Below are positions 39,408-50,279 of a stretch of 64,000 bases of DNA, piece by piece (the first letter of the stretch is position 1; each line of letters starts with the position of its first letter). Location of the stretch: the IMG/VR virus record IMGVR_UViG_2974779332_000001, positions 69,091-133,090 of that record; one strand, written 5' to 3'. The DNA comes from a virus (taxonomy: Duplodnaviria; Caudoviricetes). Under the pieces are notes generated by a model. The model was not told the DNA's origin and made no database searches. It saw nothing but the letters and a program-made list of their open reading frames with translations. The position numbers were made by a program, and so were the translations under genes.

Positions 39408-39782
39408 ATGAAGGAATCAGATTCGACCGGTCTTTCTAAGAGGGACCGGTCGTTCCTGTCGTTGGCAATGTCTCTGAGCCTTAAGAGTAATATGAAGCAG
39501 GCTCATGGAGCTGTTATTGTGAGAGGTGGACGAGTCCTCTCACTCGGCTGGAACACATTGAAGAATGACCCCACCAACGTCAGCGACGAACATATTGCAC
39601 GCTATTGCTCTGTTCACGCTGAGCGTATGGCCATTGCTCGCTGCAAGAAGGCGGCTGGAGCAACTATTTACATTGCAAGGAACAAGGCAGGCGTGCCACG
39701 TCATTCCAAGCCTTGTGATGCATGTGACCGAGCTATCAAGATGGCCGGTATCTCAAGGGTTGTGTACACGACCGACCTCTGA
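39408..39782 (+). CDS. Zn-dependent CMP/dCMP-type deaminase
   Basis: HGAVIV, HAE, PCDAC, GISRVVY. Confidence 0.85.
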   Translation: MKESDSTGLSKRDRSFLSLAMSLSLKSNMKQAHGAVIVRGGRVLSLGWNTLKNDPTNVSDEHIARYCSVHAERMAIARCKKAAGATIYIARNKAGVPRHSKPCDACDRAIKMAGISRVVYTTDL

Positions 39783-39826
39783 TAGACTCAACTACGTAAC
39801 CGGCTCACAAGACTAAGGAGACAACG

Positions 39827-41734
39827 ATGGAGCCTACTGCTATTTACGCCACTCGACAGGGAAACCTCGGTGGTGAGACTGTTGAAATGAGCGTTGATGC
39901 TGCAAGCATGGCGCACGTCATGTCCATTCTGACTGACCTGTACTCTGACCCGACCCTTGCGGTTATTCGGGAATACAGCACGAATGCTCTCGACTCTCAC
40001 GTTGAGGCTGGTGTGAAGCGGCCCATCGAGGTTTCACTTCCCAACACGCTGTCTCCCTTCTTCAAGGTTCGAGACTACGGTGTTGGCCTGTCTGTCGAAG
40101 ACATTCGAAATGTCTACTCAAAGTACGGTGCTTCTACCAAGCGTTCTACCAATGAGCAGGTTGGTATGCTTGGTCTGGGATGTAAGTCAGCTCTGACTTA
40201 CACTCAGCAGTTCACTGTTCGTTCTGTCAAGGATGGGAAGCTGGCACACGTTGCCATTTCTCGTACCGAGGCTGGCGCTGGTGTTATGCAGGTCGTCTGC
40301 ATTCAGGACACCAACGAGGAGAATGGTGTAGAGATTTCCGTTCCTGTTGAGCGAAACAATGATTTCGACTGGAAGGCACGAGACTTCTTCCGATTCTGGG
40401 AGCCTGGCACTGTCCTTGTGGATGGTCAGGAGCCAGAATTGATGAGTGGCATTGACCTTGGTGACGGCATTCAGATTCTCAAGAATGTCCCCAACGATTA
40501 TGTTGTCATGGGTAACGTCGGTTACCGTGTCAGCAAGGAGAACGAGCTTTACAACGGTGAGCGTTATTCATACCGCACTCGTAACTTCGGAATCGTTGCC
40601 AAGGTTGCCATTGGCTCTGTGAACTTCACTCCTTCTCGTGAAGACCTTCACTACACCTCCCACACCCTCAATACTCTTGAGGTTGTTCGTGGAATTGTTA
40701 AGAAGACCATCATGAGCAAGGCTCAGGAAATGATTGATGCTGAGCCTGACCACGAGAGCGCTCGTAAGCAGTGGCTTGAATGGCGTGAGATGACTGGAAT
40801 GAATCTCTCTGAGCTTACTTACAAGGGAGACCGAATTCCTGGTGAGCTGAACATTCCTCACATGAAGTACCGTCCTGACTATGGTCGGAACTGTGTGACG
40901 AACTACGGCTCCATCAGCTTCAATGAAATCAGTCGTGCAATCTTCATTCATGGCTATGAGAAGGATGAGATTTCTACTTCTCACCGTGGTAAGATGCGTC
41001 TGTGGGCTGACCAGAAGGGCTTTAGTGGTCGTCTGTTCATTGTGACAAAGACGCCGGTAGAGCAGAAGTGGTTCAAGTCTTCTCAGGTTGGTTCATGGGA
41101 GGAAGTCTTTGCAACCAAGCGTCCTCGTGAGAAGCGTGACCCTAACGATACCTATGCTGTCAGTGACAGTACGTCTCGTTACCCCACGATGACTGCTGAA
41201 CTTCCTGATGATAAGACTCTTATTGTCTGGACAACTGGCGATGCTCAGTACGAGGACAACATTCGTGCTATCGTCAAGGCACACGGAAACGCTGTAGCTG
41301 TCCGTCTGCCTAAGAACCGTTGGGACAAGTTCCTTCGGGAGCACAGCAATGCGGTAAAGGTTCAGCATGAGATTCCTCGCATCATTAAGCGGCTTTTCGA
41401 TGCGCTGACTGCTGACGAGAAGCTGAGCATGAGCATCAACTACGATGACCGTAGGATTCTACATGCTTTCGATGAATCAAGGCTTGACGACCCTGAGTTG
41501 GTTCGATACACTAGGGTTGTACGCACGGTTCGCCAGAGCAGCGACAATATTGAAGCATTCAGTAACTTCGCCAACACGTGTCGTTACCTTGGATTCAATG
41601 TCCCAGCTCTTGACAAGGTCGAGAGTCCTCGGGTAAAGTATCCATTGATTGCTGCCGCTTCATACAGCTACGAGGCGACAGAGCACTTCTACATGTACGC
41701 AAACACTCTCTACGCAAAGGAGCAGGATGTCTGA
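39827..41734 (+). CDS. rIIA: RIIA-like protein (N-terminal GHKL/HATPase fold)
   Basis: LYSD..AVIREYSTNALDSH, VRDYGVG, YGASTK, GMLGLGCKS, FTPSREDL. Confidence 0.85.
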   Translation: MEPTAIYATRQGNLGGETVEMSVDAASMAHVMSILTDLYSDPTLAVIREYSTNALDSHVEAGVKRPIEVSLPNTLSPFFKVRDYGVGLSVEDIRNVYSKYGASTKRSTNEQVGMLGLGCKSALTYTQQFTVRSVKDGKLAHVAISRTEAGAGVMQVVCIQDTNEENGVEISVPVERNNDFDWKARDFFRFWEPGTVLVDGQEPELMSGIDLGDGIQILKNVPNDYVVMGNVGYRVSKENELYNGERYSYRTRNFGIVAKVAIGSVNFTPSREDLHYTSHTLNTLEVVRGIVKKTIMSKAQEMIDAEPDHESARKQWLEWREMTGMNLSELTYKGDRIPGELNIPHMKYRPDYGRNCVTNYGSISFNEISRAIFIHGYEKDEISTSHRGKMRLWADQKGFSGRLFIVTKTPVEQKWFKSSQVGSWEEVFATKRPREKRDPNDTYAVSDSTSRYPTMTAELPDDKTLIVWTTGDAQYEDNIRAIVKAHGNAVAVRLPKNRWDKFLREHSNAVKVQHEIPRIIKRLFDALTADEKLSMSINYDDRRILHAFDESRLDDPELVRYTRVVRTVRQSSDNIEAFSNFANTCRYLGFNVPALDKVESPRVKYPLIAAASYSYEATEHFYMYANTLYAKEQDV

Positions 41735-42704
41735 GATTCAGTACAGCCTGATTAACAACAACGGTTCCAAGAACATCACCGTCTTCTATCAGGGCGAGAT
41801 GTACGTGGCAACCGATTCCCACCGAAACTGGGAAGCAATTGAGGCTGGCGCTCAGGCAGGTGACCCTAACGTGGTTAACCTGTTTGACATCGGTGCAATT
41901 GCTCAGGCTCGATTCGAGCGCCTTTCTGACCGAGTCACTGTTAAGTCAGGCAAGGTGTTCTTCGACAGTCAGCCTGTCCACAACGCTCTTACAGAGCAGG
42001 TTGTTCGATTCATTGACGCTGGCCAGGAAGACTTCGGTCCTCTTGTTGCCTTCTTCGAGAAGGTCCAGACCAATGAGAACGACCACAGCCGTGAGCAGCT
42101 TTACGATTGGCTGAACGTTCACGACTTCACGATTCTGCCCAACGGTAACTTCATCGGTTACAAGGGTGTCCGTGTAGTCAATGGTTCTTACGAGAGCATT
42201 TCTCACGGTACTGCCATCAGTGATGGTGTGGAGTACACTGGCGCTATCCCTAACCCCCTGGGAGCCATTGTTGAAATGCCTCGTGACCAGGTCCAGCACG
42301 ACCCTTCACAGGGTTGTCACACCGGTCTTCACGTCGGTACTTGGGAGTATGCTTCTGGGTTCGCTCAGGGTGCTGTTCTCAAGGTTGAGGTGAATCCTCG
42401 TGACGTTGTTTCTGTTCCGACCGATTGTGGTCACCAGAAGCTTCGTGCCTGCCGTTACACCGTCCTTGAAGTCATTGATGCGCCTATCGCTGGTCCTCTG
42501 GATTACGATTACGCTGATGAAGAAGAGGACGATGACTACGGGTTTGACCTGCCTGTGGATGCCGAGTACGATGACGCTTATGCGTCTCGTAAGTTCGACT
42601 CCTATTCACCAGTTCAGACCATGGCTGGTCCTGTGGATACGCGATTCAATCACCTTCGTCAGAAGCGTGATGCGAATGGTCGATTCATTCCAAAGAGCAA
42701 GTGA
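41727..42704 (+). CDS. rIIB: RIIB-like protein
   Basis: Follows rIIA; GNFIGYKGV, MPRDQV, CHTGLHVG, VNPRDVVSVPTD, KLRACRY. Confidence 0.85.
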   Translation: MSEIQYSLINNNGSKNITVFYQGEMYVATDSHRNWEAIEAGAQAGDPNVVNLFDIGAIAQARFERLSDRVTVKSGKVFFDSQPVHNALTEQVVRFIDAGQEDFGPLVAFFEKVQTNENDHSREQLYDWLNVHDFTILPNGNFIGYKGVRVVNGSYESISHGTAISDGVEYTGAIPNPLGAIVEMPRDQVQHDPSQGCHTGLHVGTWEYASGFAQGAVLKVEVNPRDVVSVPTDCGHQKLRACRYTVLEVIDAPIAGPLDYDYADEEEDDDYGFDLPVDAEYDDAYASRKFDSYSPVQTMAGPVDTRFNHLRQKRDANGRFIPKSK

Positions 42705-42796
42705 TGTCAGGCCCCTTCGGGGGCCTTTCGTCATCTCTTGACACAGTGCTCTACAAGATGTTAGAGTAAGTACAACGACGAACGAAAGGAAGTCAC

Positions 42797-43564
42797 GTGA
42801 AAATTGTGATTGCTGGCGACTGGCATGGCGACACAAAGCACGCTCGTATGGTCGTTCGAATGGCTGCTCGTAAGGGCATCAAGACAATCATGCAGGTCGG
42901 TGACTTCGGATTCTGGGAGCACGAGGTAGATGGATTCAACTATCTTGACGCTCTGAATGATGAGTGCCGGAAGCATGGAGTCAAGGTGTACTTCGTTGCT
43001 GGCAACCATGAGAACTGGGACCGTCTAGACTGGATGGAGAAGAATAACCCAAAGACCTATGCAGGTCTGACGGTAATCCGTTCTCACATTCGCTACACAG
43101 GCCGTGTGAAGCGCTGGAGCGTGGATGGTAAGTGGTTCCAGGCCGTTGGTGGGGCCGTCTCTGTTGACAAGGCTCATCGTAAGCTTGGTAAGTCTTGGTG
43201 GGCTCAGGAGGCGGTACCAGAGCGAGTTGTTTATGGCCTTGAGAAGGCTGGACGAAAGTCTGATTACCTTCTTACCCATGACTCTCCAACCTGTGCACCA
43301 TTCAGGTTCCGGCTCAAGAATGACCCTGATTCTGAAATGCATCGGCAGTTGATGAATCGAATTGGTGCTGTTGTTCAGCCCAAGCTTTGGTTCCATGGCC
43401 ATTACCACACGTGGATGGAGAACTATCCTTTCATGCATCAGACTGGTTACACGAGTGTGTATGGTCTGGACATGAACGGTGACTTCTACCACTGTGTTAT
43501 CCTTGACACTGAGACCAATTCAGTGGAGACTATGACTGGCAAGGTCAACGAGCTAGAGCAGTAA
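42797..43564 (+). CDS. Calcineurin-like metallophosphoesterase
   Basis: GDWHG, VGDFG, GNHE, THDSP, HGHYH. Confidence 0.9.
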   Translation: MKIVIAGDWHGDTKHARMVVRMAARKGIKTIMQVGDFGFWEHEVDGFNYLDALNDECRKHGVKVYFVAGNHENWDRLDWMEKNNPKTYAGLTVIRSHIRYTGRVKRWSVDGKWFQAVGGAVSVDKAHRKLGKSWWAQEAVPERVVYGLEKAGRKSDYLLTHDSPTCAPFRFRLKNDPDSEMHRQLMNRIGAVVQPKLWFHGHYHTWMENYPFMHQTGYTSVYGLDMNGDFYHCVILDTETNSVETMTGKVNELEQ

Positions 43565-43652
43565 CCTCCGCTTCATAATCAAGTCTGTGCTACTCTTTTA
43601 GAGAATTCTTCAAGAATGCGCAGACTTGAGGAGAAGGAGGTGAAAGTAAAAA

Positions 43653-43994
43653 ATGGCAGAATACAAGTACGAACCAAAGACCTCACAGGACGTTGTTGCT
43701 CCACACCTTGACCCACTAGCGGACGAGGATGCAAAGCGTGCTGACGAGGCTGGTGTAAAGGACTCAGCATTTGTTGACTACGAGGCCGCTCTAGAGAACT
43801 ACCAGAGCCGTGCTGACGTTGAGACTCTAGCTGCCCGTCGTGCCCGTGAGGGTGGATGGAAGTTTGAGGATGCTGCGTTCCGTCGTTCTGCAAAGGACGA
43901 TGAGCTGACTGGTGGAGGTGTAGTAACCTCTGATGGAGCTACTTCTAAGGAAGCAGAGCAGAAGCCAGCCGCTCGCAAGCCAGCAGGTAAGTAA
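43653..43994 (+). CDS. Hypothetical protein behind a CTTCATAA-type promoter
   Basis: AGGAGG RBS; 113 aa. Confidence 0.65.
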   Translation: MAEYKYEPKTSQDVVAPHLDPLADEDAKRADEAGVKDSAFVDYEAALENYQSRADVETLAARRAREGGWKFEDAAFRRSAKDDELTGGGVVTSDGATSKEAEQKPAARKPAGK

Positions 43995-44075
43995 GCAGAG
44001 ACTTCAAAATTGAACAGGGAGGTTAATATGGCCTCCCTGTTCTTTATCGGCAAAACAAGAAAAGAGAAAGCGATT

Positions 44076-44315
44076 ATGTCTGTTGTTCTAGATTACAACA
44101 ATGTTGACAAGTTCGTCACCGGCCAAGTTGAGGCTGGTAATGATGTTCGTTGGGAGGGATGGGACCTCGTCTTCTTCCGCAAGAGTAAGAATCATTCTGG
44201 TTGGTCAAAGCGTGACGGTGCCTATCGTGACGGCAACTGGGGATTCCAGACTCGCATTGCGGTTGGCAACGACGGAAAGTGGAGGGTTCCTAACCGTAAT
44301 GTACGGTCTGCCTGA
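44076..44315 (+). CDS. Hypothetical protein
   Basis: VRWEGWDLVFF...WG...GKWRV; overlaps the HNH start. Confidence 0.55.
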   Translation: MSVVLDYNNVDKFVTGQVEAGNDVRWEGWDLVFFRKSKNHSGWSKRDGAYRDGNWGFQTRIAVGNDGKWRVPNRNVRSA

Positions 44316-44739
44316 TAGATTTCTCGAAAAGATTACCATTGACTCCTCTGAGTGTTGGATTTGGAACTCAGTAAAGGATGCTGGTGGATATGGTTTGTTT
44401 CGAGTAAACGGTAAGTGGGTAAAGACCCACAGATACACTTTTGAAATGGCAGGCGGGACGCTCAACGAGTCCCTAGTTATTGACCATCTGTGTAAGGTAA
44501 GAGAGTGTTGCAATCCGCATCACCTTGAACAGGTCACAATGGGAGAGAACACTAGGCGTGGCAATGCAGTAAAGAATCGTAAGGCTCAGGCCGCAACGAT
44601 TACTAAATGCGTGCAGGGTCACGAATTCACTCCTGATAACACATATGAATACAAAGGTAGGCGTATGTGTAAAGCGTGTCGTGCCAGTCGTAGAAATGTG
44701 GCAAGAGACGCGAGGAGGAAAAATGTCAAGCATTCTTGA
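44299..44739 (+). CDS. HNH homing-type endonuclease
   Basis: ECWIW, GGYG, HR, IDHLC..RECCNPHHL..VT..EN; C-terminal CVQGH..CKAC. Confidence 0.85.
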   Translation: MYGLPDRFLEKITIDSSECWIWNSVKDAGGYGLFRVNGKWVKTHRYTFEMAGGTLNESLVIDHLCKVRECCNPHHLEQVTMGENTRRGNAVKNRKAQAATITKCVQGHEFTPDNTYEYKGRRMCKACRASRRNVARDARRKNVKHS

Positions 44740-45031
44740 GCAAAGGGGCATAAGTCCAGAGGAAGTAGAGTGGGAAGACCTGGCCTTGTGTCGTGGTCTT
44801 CCCACTTCTTTCTTCTTTGAGACTTATGAACAAGATAAGATTTCTGCAAAGTTTGTAGATGAAATGTGCCTTCGCTGCCCGGTAATGAAACAGTGTGCCA
44901 TGGCTGCTAAGGACAACAATGGCTTTGGAGTTTGGGGTGGCGTTTACTGGAACGGTGCCAAGGTAGATACTTACCGCAACGCCCATAAGACTCCAGAGAT
45001 ATGGAAAAGAATCAAGGAGAGGTTGTCATGA
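44723..45031 (+). CDS. whiB: WhiB-family transcription factor
   Basis: Four Cys (C..CLRCPV..C) and GVWGG motif. Confidence 0.88.
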   Translation: MSSILEQRGISPEEVEWEDLALCRGLPTSFFFETYEQDKISAKFVDEMCLRCPVMKQCAMAAKDNNGFGVWGGVYWNGAKVDTYRNAHKTPEIWKRIKERLS

Positions 45032-45715
45032 GCCTTGAGAACGCATGGGCATTGATGCGCATAGATGAGGCTAGGAAGGCGTTCAGGGAATTCGTCTTTG
45101 AACCTGGCACTGGATTCATCTGTGACCTTGTTCAATACCCTGCAACACAGCACGACGTTCCTAACTTCGCTCTGCGAGCGTACAAGAACACCTTTGACAA
45201 CCTCACCGAGCACCAAAAGCTACTCATCACAGAACAGATTAGTAGCCTTGTCCAGTTGATTCGGTCCCTAGGTGTAAACTGTATACTGGAGGTCCATGAT
45301 GCACCGGGAAAGTCAGGTAGTCAGAGTTGAGACTCATGAAGGGACAGTGTTTGGAATAATCAAGCAGACACTGGCGTTTCATTGTAAAGTCGAATACTTT
45401 GCAGATGGTCAGTACAAGTCAGATTACTTTGAGTATGACGACGTAGAAGTGATTGGCGAAATAGGATACGAGGAAGAGTGAACGAACTAGTTTGCGATAG
45501 CTGTGGGGGTCAGAGATTCCAGCTAGTCTCTGCGCAGTCAAAACTACTCTCCACGATGACCTTCAATCTATGCAACGATTGTAAGGACAGTGGCAAGGAG
45601 CCTCGATGGCTCATTGTATTGGCGGCACGGGATGGTCAGGATGTCTCTCACTGGCTCTCAGAAAGGCTATATGAAGGCGAGGCAATAAAGCAGGAGGATT
45701 TGAATTAAGCCTCCA

Positions 45716-45771
45716 GGCCGGGTATACTAGGCACATCTAGGGAACTATGGGGTTCGAATCCCTACCGGCCG
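45716..45771 (+). ncRNA. Minimal D-armless tRNA-like RNA (about 56 nt)
   Basis: GGCCGG/CCGGCC; CTAG-GCACAT-CTAG hairpin; T arm TGGGGTTCGAATCCCTA. Confidence 0.45.
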
Positions 45772-46078
45772 CAAGAAATCCCCTTGAGGGGAGGAACGTT
45801 GTATTTCGAAGATGAGTCATCCACAGCGCAATGTATCGAAGACCTGACAAGAGAGATATGGGCCACAATTAAACTGGTCCTCAAGTCTCAAGCAACGCCA
45901 TCAGAAATTGCTGGTGCAGCAGAGCGCGCTAAGTTTCTACGTCTCTACATTACAAGATATAGGGATAGAAACTTCTCTGGGCTAACAGACACCGAACTTT
46001 GGCTAGCACAAGAGGTGGCAGATGCTGTGGAAGACTTGATTGATTGACTTTTAACTCATCTGTGATTACAATTTGGGT

Positions 46079-46480
46079 ATGTCCAGGATATCAGCAGCAC
46101 TTGTGAAAATCTTTAAGCACCCTCTAGTGGTAGTAGAGGTAATCATAGCTGTCGGTTTGCTGGTCTCAGGATTGTACGCAGTGGGTCCTTGGTATCAAGT
46201 GAGCGCCACAACACCAATCGGTAAGGCAATCGATTCCGTATGGATTAGAATGTCAATTGGAGGCTTCTATACGCTGAGTGCAGGAACGTCTCTTTGGGGG
46301 GCATACAAGTCAGCAGGAGAAGATAACTCAATAGGTTTGTTCCTGATGTTCTTGTCTTACTCCTTTATGACTATTCTTCGTTGGCTAGCGATTGGCTTTG
46401 TTCCTCTTACTTGGGTATTCAGCCTAACCTTGGCACTTGTTGTGGCATTCCTATACTTTAGGATAAGGTTGCTGAAATAA
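46079..46480 (+). CDS. Four-TM membrane protein (possible holin-like)
   Basis: Four hydrophobic helices; possibly leaderless after TACAAT. Confidence 0.6.
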   Translation: MSRISAALVKIFKHPLVVVEVIIAVGLLVSGLYAVGPWYQVSATTPIGKAIDSVWIRMSIGGFYTLSAGTSLWGAYKSAGEDNSIGLFLMFLSYSFMTILRWLAIGFVPLTWVFSLTLALVVAFLYFRIRLLK

Positions 46481-46780
46481 ATGCCCGAAATCACTACGGC
46501 TTGGATAGCCTTGATTGGTACAGTGCTGGGGGGTGTTGGACTCAAGTTTGTCGAACACTGGCTCAGCCGTAGCAAGGTTCGGGACGACACAGCCGCTCAG
46601 CTCAGAAATGAATTGAGGACTGAAATTCAGGGACTCAAGACAGAGCTGAACAATGTCGAAGCCGACCTAGACAAGTGGCGTGGAAAGTATTACGAATTGA
46701 TGGACAACTTTATCAAAGTCAAGAGTGAACTTGAGACCGCCATGCGGAAGCTACAAAATAACAACAACACAGGGCCCTAG
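46481..46780 (+). CDS. N-terminal TM plus coiled-coil protein
   Basis: TM segment then heptads; abuts the previous gene. Confidence 0.6.
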   Translation: MPEITTAWIALIGTVLGGVGLKFVEHWLSRSKVRDDTAAQLRNELRTEIQGLKTELNNVEADLDKWRGKYYELMDNFIKVKSELETAMRKLQNNNNTGP

Positions 46781-46814
46781 CATCCGCTAGGGCTTCTGTG
46801 CTAGAGTAAGGAGC

Positions 46815-47012
46815 ATGATGATGGAAGCAGTGATGGAACGTCCTCTGAACAGGACGGAAGACCGATGTGACAGGTGCAACGCACAGGCGTTCGTAGTTGC
46901 AGGGAAGGGTGACCTAGCTCTACTGTTCTGCGGTCATCATGGCAAGCAGTACAAGCAGACTCTTGAGGTGCAAGGATGGGAGCTGCTTGACTTCACCGAC
47001 GAGATTGGCTAG
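46815..47012 (+). CDS. Small actinobacterial Zn-ribbon protein
   Basis: DRCDRCNAQA...LLFCGHH. Confidence 0.65.
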   Translation: MMMEAVMERPLNRTEDRCDRCNAQAFVVAGKGDLALLFCGHHGKQYKQTLEVQGWELLDFTDEIG

Positions 47013-47269
47013 AGTAGAGACATGGACGAGAAACTGTTTCTAGTGGGCGAGGTCGTTGAGATTGTCGCCACTGAAAGTGGCCGTGGTGAATGGATTGGCT
47101 TCCAGGCTACCGTTCTTCCGTGGCCAGAGGACGAAGAACAGTACGAGGATGGACTGTTGCAGAATTGGCTCCAGCCAAACTATAACCGTCCTGACCAGTT
47201 CAAAATGAGCCCTTTCATGTGGCCAGCAAAGAATCTAGTTAAGATTGGTTAGTCCGGCCTTCGGGCCAT

Positions 47270-47342
47270 TCCCCCATACTCTGTTGGTAGGGTAGCTAGA
47301 CTTTGAATCTAGCGTTCGTAGGTTCGATTCCTGCTGGGGGAG
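47270..47342 (+). tRNA. tRNA-Gln(TTG)
   Basis: TCCCCCA/TGGGGGA; loop CTTTGAA. Confidence 0.88.
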
Positions 47343-47620
47343 CATGGCAGATTATGTGTTCACTGACCACAAAGGAAAGAAAGTCCATCGTGGTGATAGG
47401 GTCAAGGTCTATCGGACACCCAAGGGTCAAGAGGCTTGGTTGAACTGTAAGGGAACTGTTACCAGCATAGTATTGCCTGGTGGTGACAATCTAGTTCAAC
47501 TGTTTGACCTGGATGGCAAGCCAAGCAGCTATTCAGACCGATTCGTGTATCACCCTTACCAGTATTTGGAAAAGGCATAGCCAGGATTTAGTTCCTGGCT
47601 TTTGTCATGTTAGGAGAAAA

Positions 47621-48241
47621 GTGAAGTTTGAAGACCTGAATAATTCTATTCCATATGTCATTGGAGGAAGACAACATATTCTTTCTACCAGTCCATATGA
47701 TGGCGTAACTCTACGAATGCCCGGCAGGCATGAGAACGACACTGAAAAGCCTGGCGGAGACTTTGTCGTAGAGATTACAGATGACACCACAAGCTGGGAG
47801 TCTAAGCAGTTTACACATCAGCATATCTTTGAAGACTTCCAAGATAAGGCTGACCTGGATGTTGAACGTGCTGAGGAGCTGATGGGGCTTTACGCAAAGG
47901 TAGTCTTCGGAGAGGACCCTGAGCGTTTCCGCATTCCTACAAGCCCTGCTTGGGACGGTACAGTCAACCCTGAGCGACTGCTGTCAGCCTTGCAATGTCT
48001 TGCGGTTGCAGAGCACAGACGCTATGCTAGGTACGAGGCAAAGATGGGCGGAAGGTTCCTACCTGCACGTTTCGTTGCTGGCATCGTCTATGGACAGTGG
48101 ACTGCTGATGATGCTAAGATGGTTGTACGCAAGGGACGACCCGGCGTAGAGATGCTGGAACGTCTTCATGGTAAGCCACCTACTCTACAGGAGCTAGCAA
48201 AGTGCGAAACACAGATGGTTACGACATTGTCACTGCCGTAA
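47621..48241 (+). CDS. Hypothetical protein
   Basis: AGGAG RBS before GTG; 206 aa. Confidence 0.6.
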   Translation: MKFEDLNNSIPYVIGGRQHILSTSPYDGVTLRMPGRHENDTEKPGGDFVVEITDDTTSWESKQFTHQHIFEDFQDKADLDVERAEELMGLYAKVVFGEDPERFRIPTSPAWDGTVNPERLLSALQCLAVAEHRRYARYEAKMGGRFLPARFVAGIVYGQWTADDAKMVVRKGRPGVEMLERLHGKPPTLQELAKCETQMVTTLSLP

Positions 48242-49151
48242 TTGAGGAGCTTGGTCATTCCAACGGAATGGTCCACTTCACTACAAACATCGGCTCCTTT
48301 GGGCTTATCACTGATAAGTTCGTGGGGGCGGTGTTCTCTGGTGAAACAGTGACTCTCTACGTACGGCACAATGAAATCGTAGGAATCCAAACTTCACGTG
48401 GAATTGCTTTCTACGTGAAGCCCGAAGAGTACGAAGCATACACTCAAACACTAATGGAAAGGAGCTTCGGTGGCCGCGCCAAGAAGGCCAAGGATTGACT
48501 TCACAGCACAAGAGCGTCGAACTGAGCTAGCATTGCTCAGGGACCTCAAGGATGCACAGAAGTTTGCTGAGGTTTATCCAGCAAGACTAGTAGAGGCTGA
48601 GCAGAATCTTGCTGAGCTTTACCAGCTTGTTGAAACCCGGTACCGAAACGAGTAATGGAAGAACGAGAAACATTTGTACTGACGACTGACTCTGCTATCA
48701 TCGATACGCCAGAGGAGGCAATCAGGAACCTTAACATTTCTGTTTCATTGCTGTCAGCCATCCTTCAAGACTTTCTCATCAACGAGGGGTTTGAGATTGA
48801 TGACGACACGGCAGATGCTTTCGGAATTGTTAAGCAGTCTACAGCGTCAGTTAATATGTTCCTGGAAAGATTGGAACTATGGAATACCAAAAACTCTCCA
48901 GAGAAATAAAGACTATCTTCGATAGGCGAGGATATCAGTGGAAGATTGACGGTGTCTTGACATCACCTTCCAAGGAAGATATCCTTGAAACTATGAGAAT
49001 GATGGATGAGCGTCTAGCCAACGAACCATCTGGGACTTGGCTAGAGCTTGGCCATCTAATCTTCATTAAAACGGCCGGTCTCATGGATGTGTACGTACAC
49101 ATGGGCACGGTAGAGAAAAACAACGACTAATCACCATCCTTAAGGAATCTC

Positions 49152-49571
49152 ATGGAATTCGTTTACACCAACTCTCTTGGTACCAACTCCAGCACGATGC
49201 AGGCTATCTACTGGAACGAGGGTACTCAGGAGCTTGTTATTCACTTCTGGGCTGGAAGTGTAATCAAGTACACAGGCTTCACTGCTGATGACTACCGCGC
49301 CTTTACCAGCGCACTGAGCAAGGGTCGCTTCTACAACCAGTATGTCAAGGGTTCATTCCGTGGCGAGAAGCTGGCTGACGACACTCGCTTTGTCCATGAG
49401 CTTGACGTACCGAAGCCTGCTGTGGCCGAGTCAACCGAACTTGAGGCTGTTCTGACTCCGCCTGTTCAGATTACCGTAAACATCTACGTGAGCGGTGACC
49501 CTGACAAGATTGCTGACGCCGTGGAGCGTCTAGCGCCTAGCCTCAAGGCTGTACAGAACTGGAGGCGTTGA
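49152..49571 (+). CDS. KTSC-domain protein
   Basis: SSTMQAIYW..TQELVIHF..Y..F..ALSKGRFYNQYVKG. Confidence 0.8.
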   Translation: MEFVYTNSLGTNSSTMQAIYWNEGTQELVIHFWAGSVIKYTGFTADDYRAFTSALSKGRFYNQYVKGSFRGEKLADDTRFVHELDVPKPAVAESTELEAVLTPPVQITVNIYVSGDPDKIADAVERLAPSLKAVQNWRR

Positions 49572-49876
49572 GAATTTACGCAAAAGTAGAGGACTTGAAG
49601 GATTTTGAGTCCTACACTGAGCGAAGGGCACTGGTTGTATTTGGTGCACCTGATTGGTGTGTACCTTGTCAGAGATTGCATCCACACATCGTAAAGCTGG
49701 CTGACAAGCTAGACTACCCTGTGATTGATGTAGATGTGGACAAGGCCACAGCAATTAAGGATATGTATGACATCATGAGCGTACCGCGCGTTTACGAATT
49801 TGTAGACGGTAAGCCTGTACGTGAACTGAGTGGTCGTACCGTCCTTGCCCTTGAACGGGAACTAGCCGCTGAGTAA
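49568..49876 (+). CDS. Thioredoxin
   Basis: WCVPC, VDVD, IMSVP. Confidence 0.88.
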   Translation: MRIYAKVEDLKDFESYTERRALVVFGAPDWCVPCQRLHPHIVKLADKLDYPVIDVDVDKATAIKDMYDIMSVPRVYEFVDGKPVRELSGRTVLALERELAAE

Positions 49877-50279
49877 TCAGCGGCTTTTGCCGTAGGTTGA
49901 CTTTGATTGTACAGAGGCGTACCATATGTCTATGGAAACGGTGCTGATGTACGCAATAGGATTGCTGCTAGGTCTAATAGGTATTGGACTAGCAGAGCTG
50001 TCATATGTTTTCATCAAGCGCTACGACATTCCGGGCTTTTATTGGCCAGACCTAGAAGAGGATGATGAAAGTGACGTGTGAACAATGTGGTTCCACGTGT
50101 GACGACAGCATAGCATTCGATTCAATCGTAAGGCGCGTGTTCTTCTGCTGCCTACCACACAGGGTAGCCTGGTTCTTTGGATGGTTGTGAAATGTGGTTT
50201 ATGTTAGGGGTACTCATATGGGTGCTCTTAATTGTTTTTATTTGTCGATGGTTCTATGTCATCAGCGAAAGGCGAGAAG

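Noticed and set aside
39827-41734. Hsp90/MORC-type defence ATPase
   Set aside because: The GHKL motifs plus a coupled rIIB-like gene match the ordinary rIIA/rIIB pair
2749-47342. Suppressor tRNA or stop-codon reassignment
   Set aside because: No CTA, TCA or TTA anticodon found, and known proteins translate intact with the standard code
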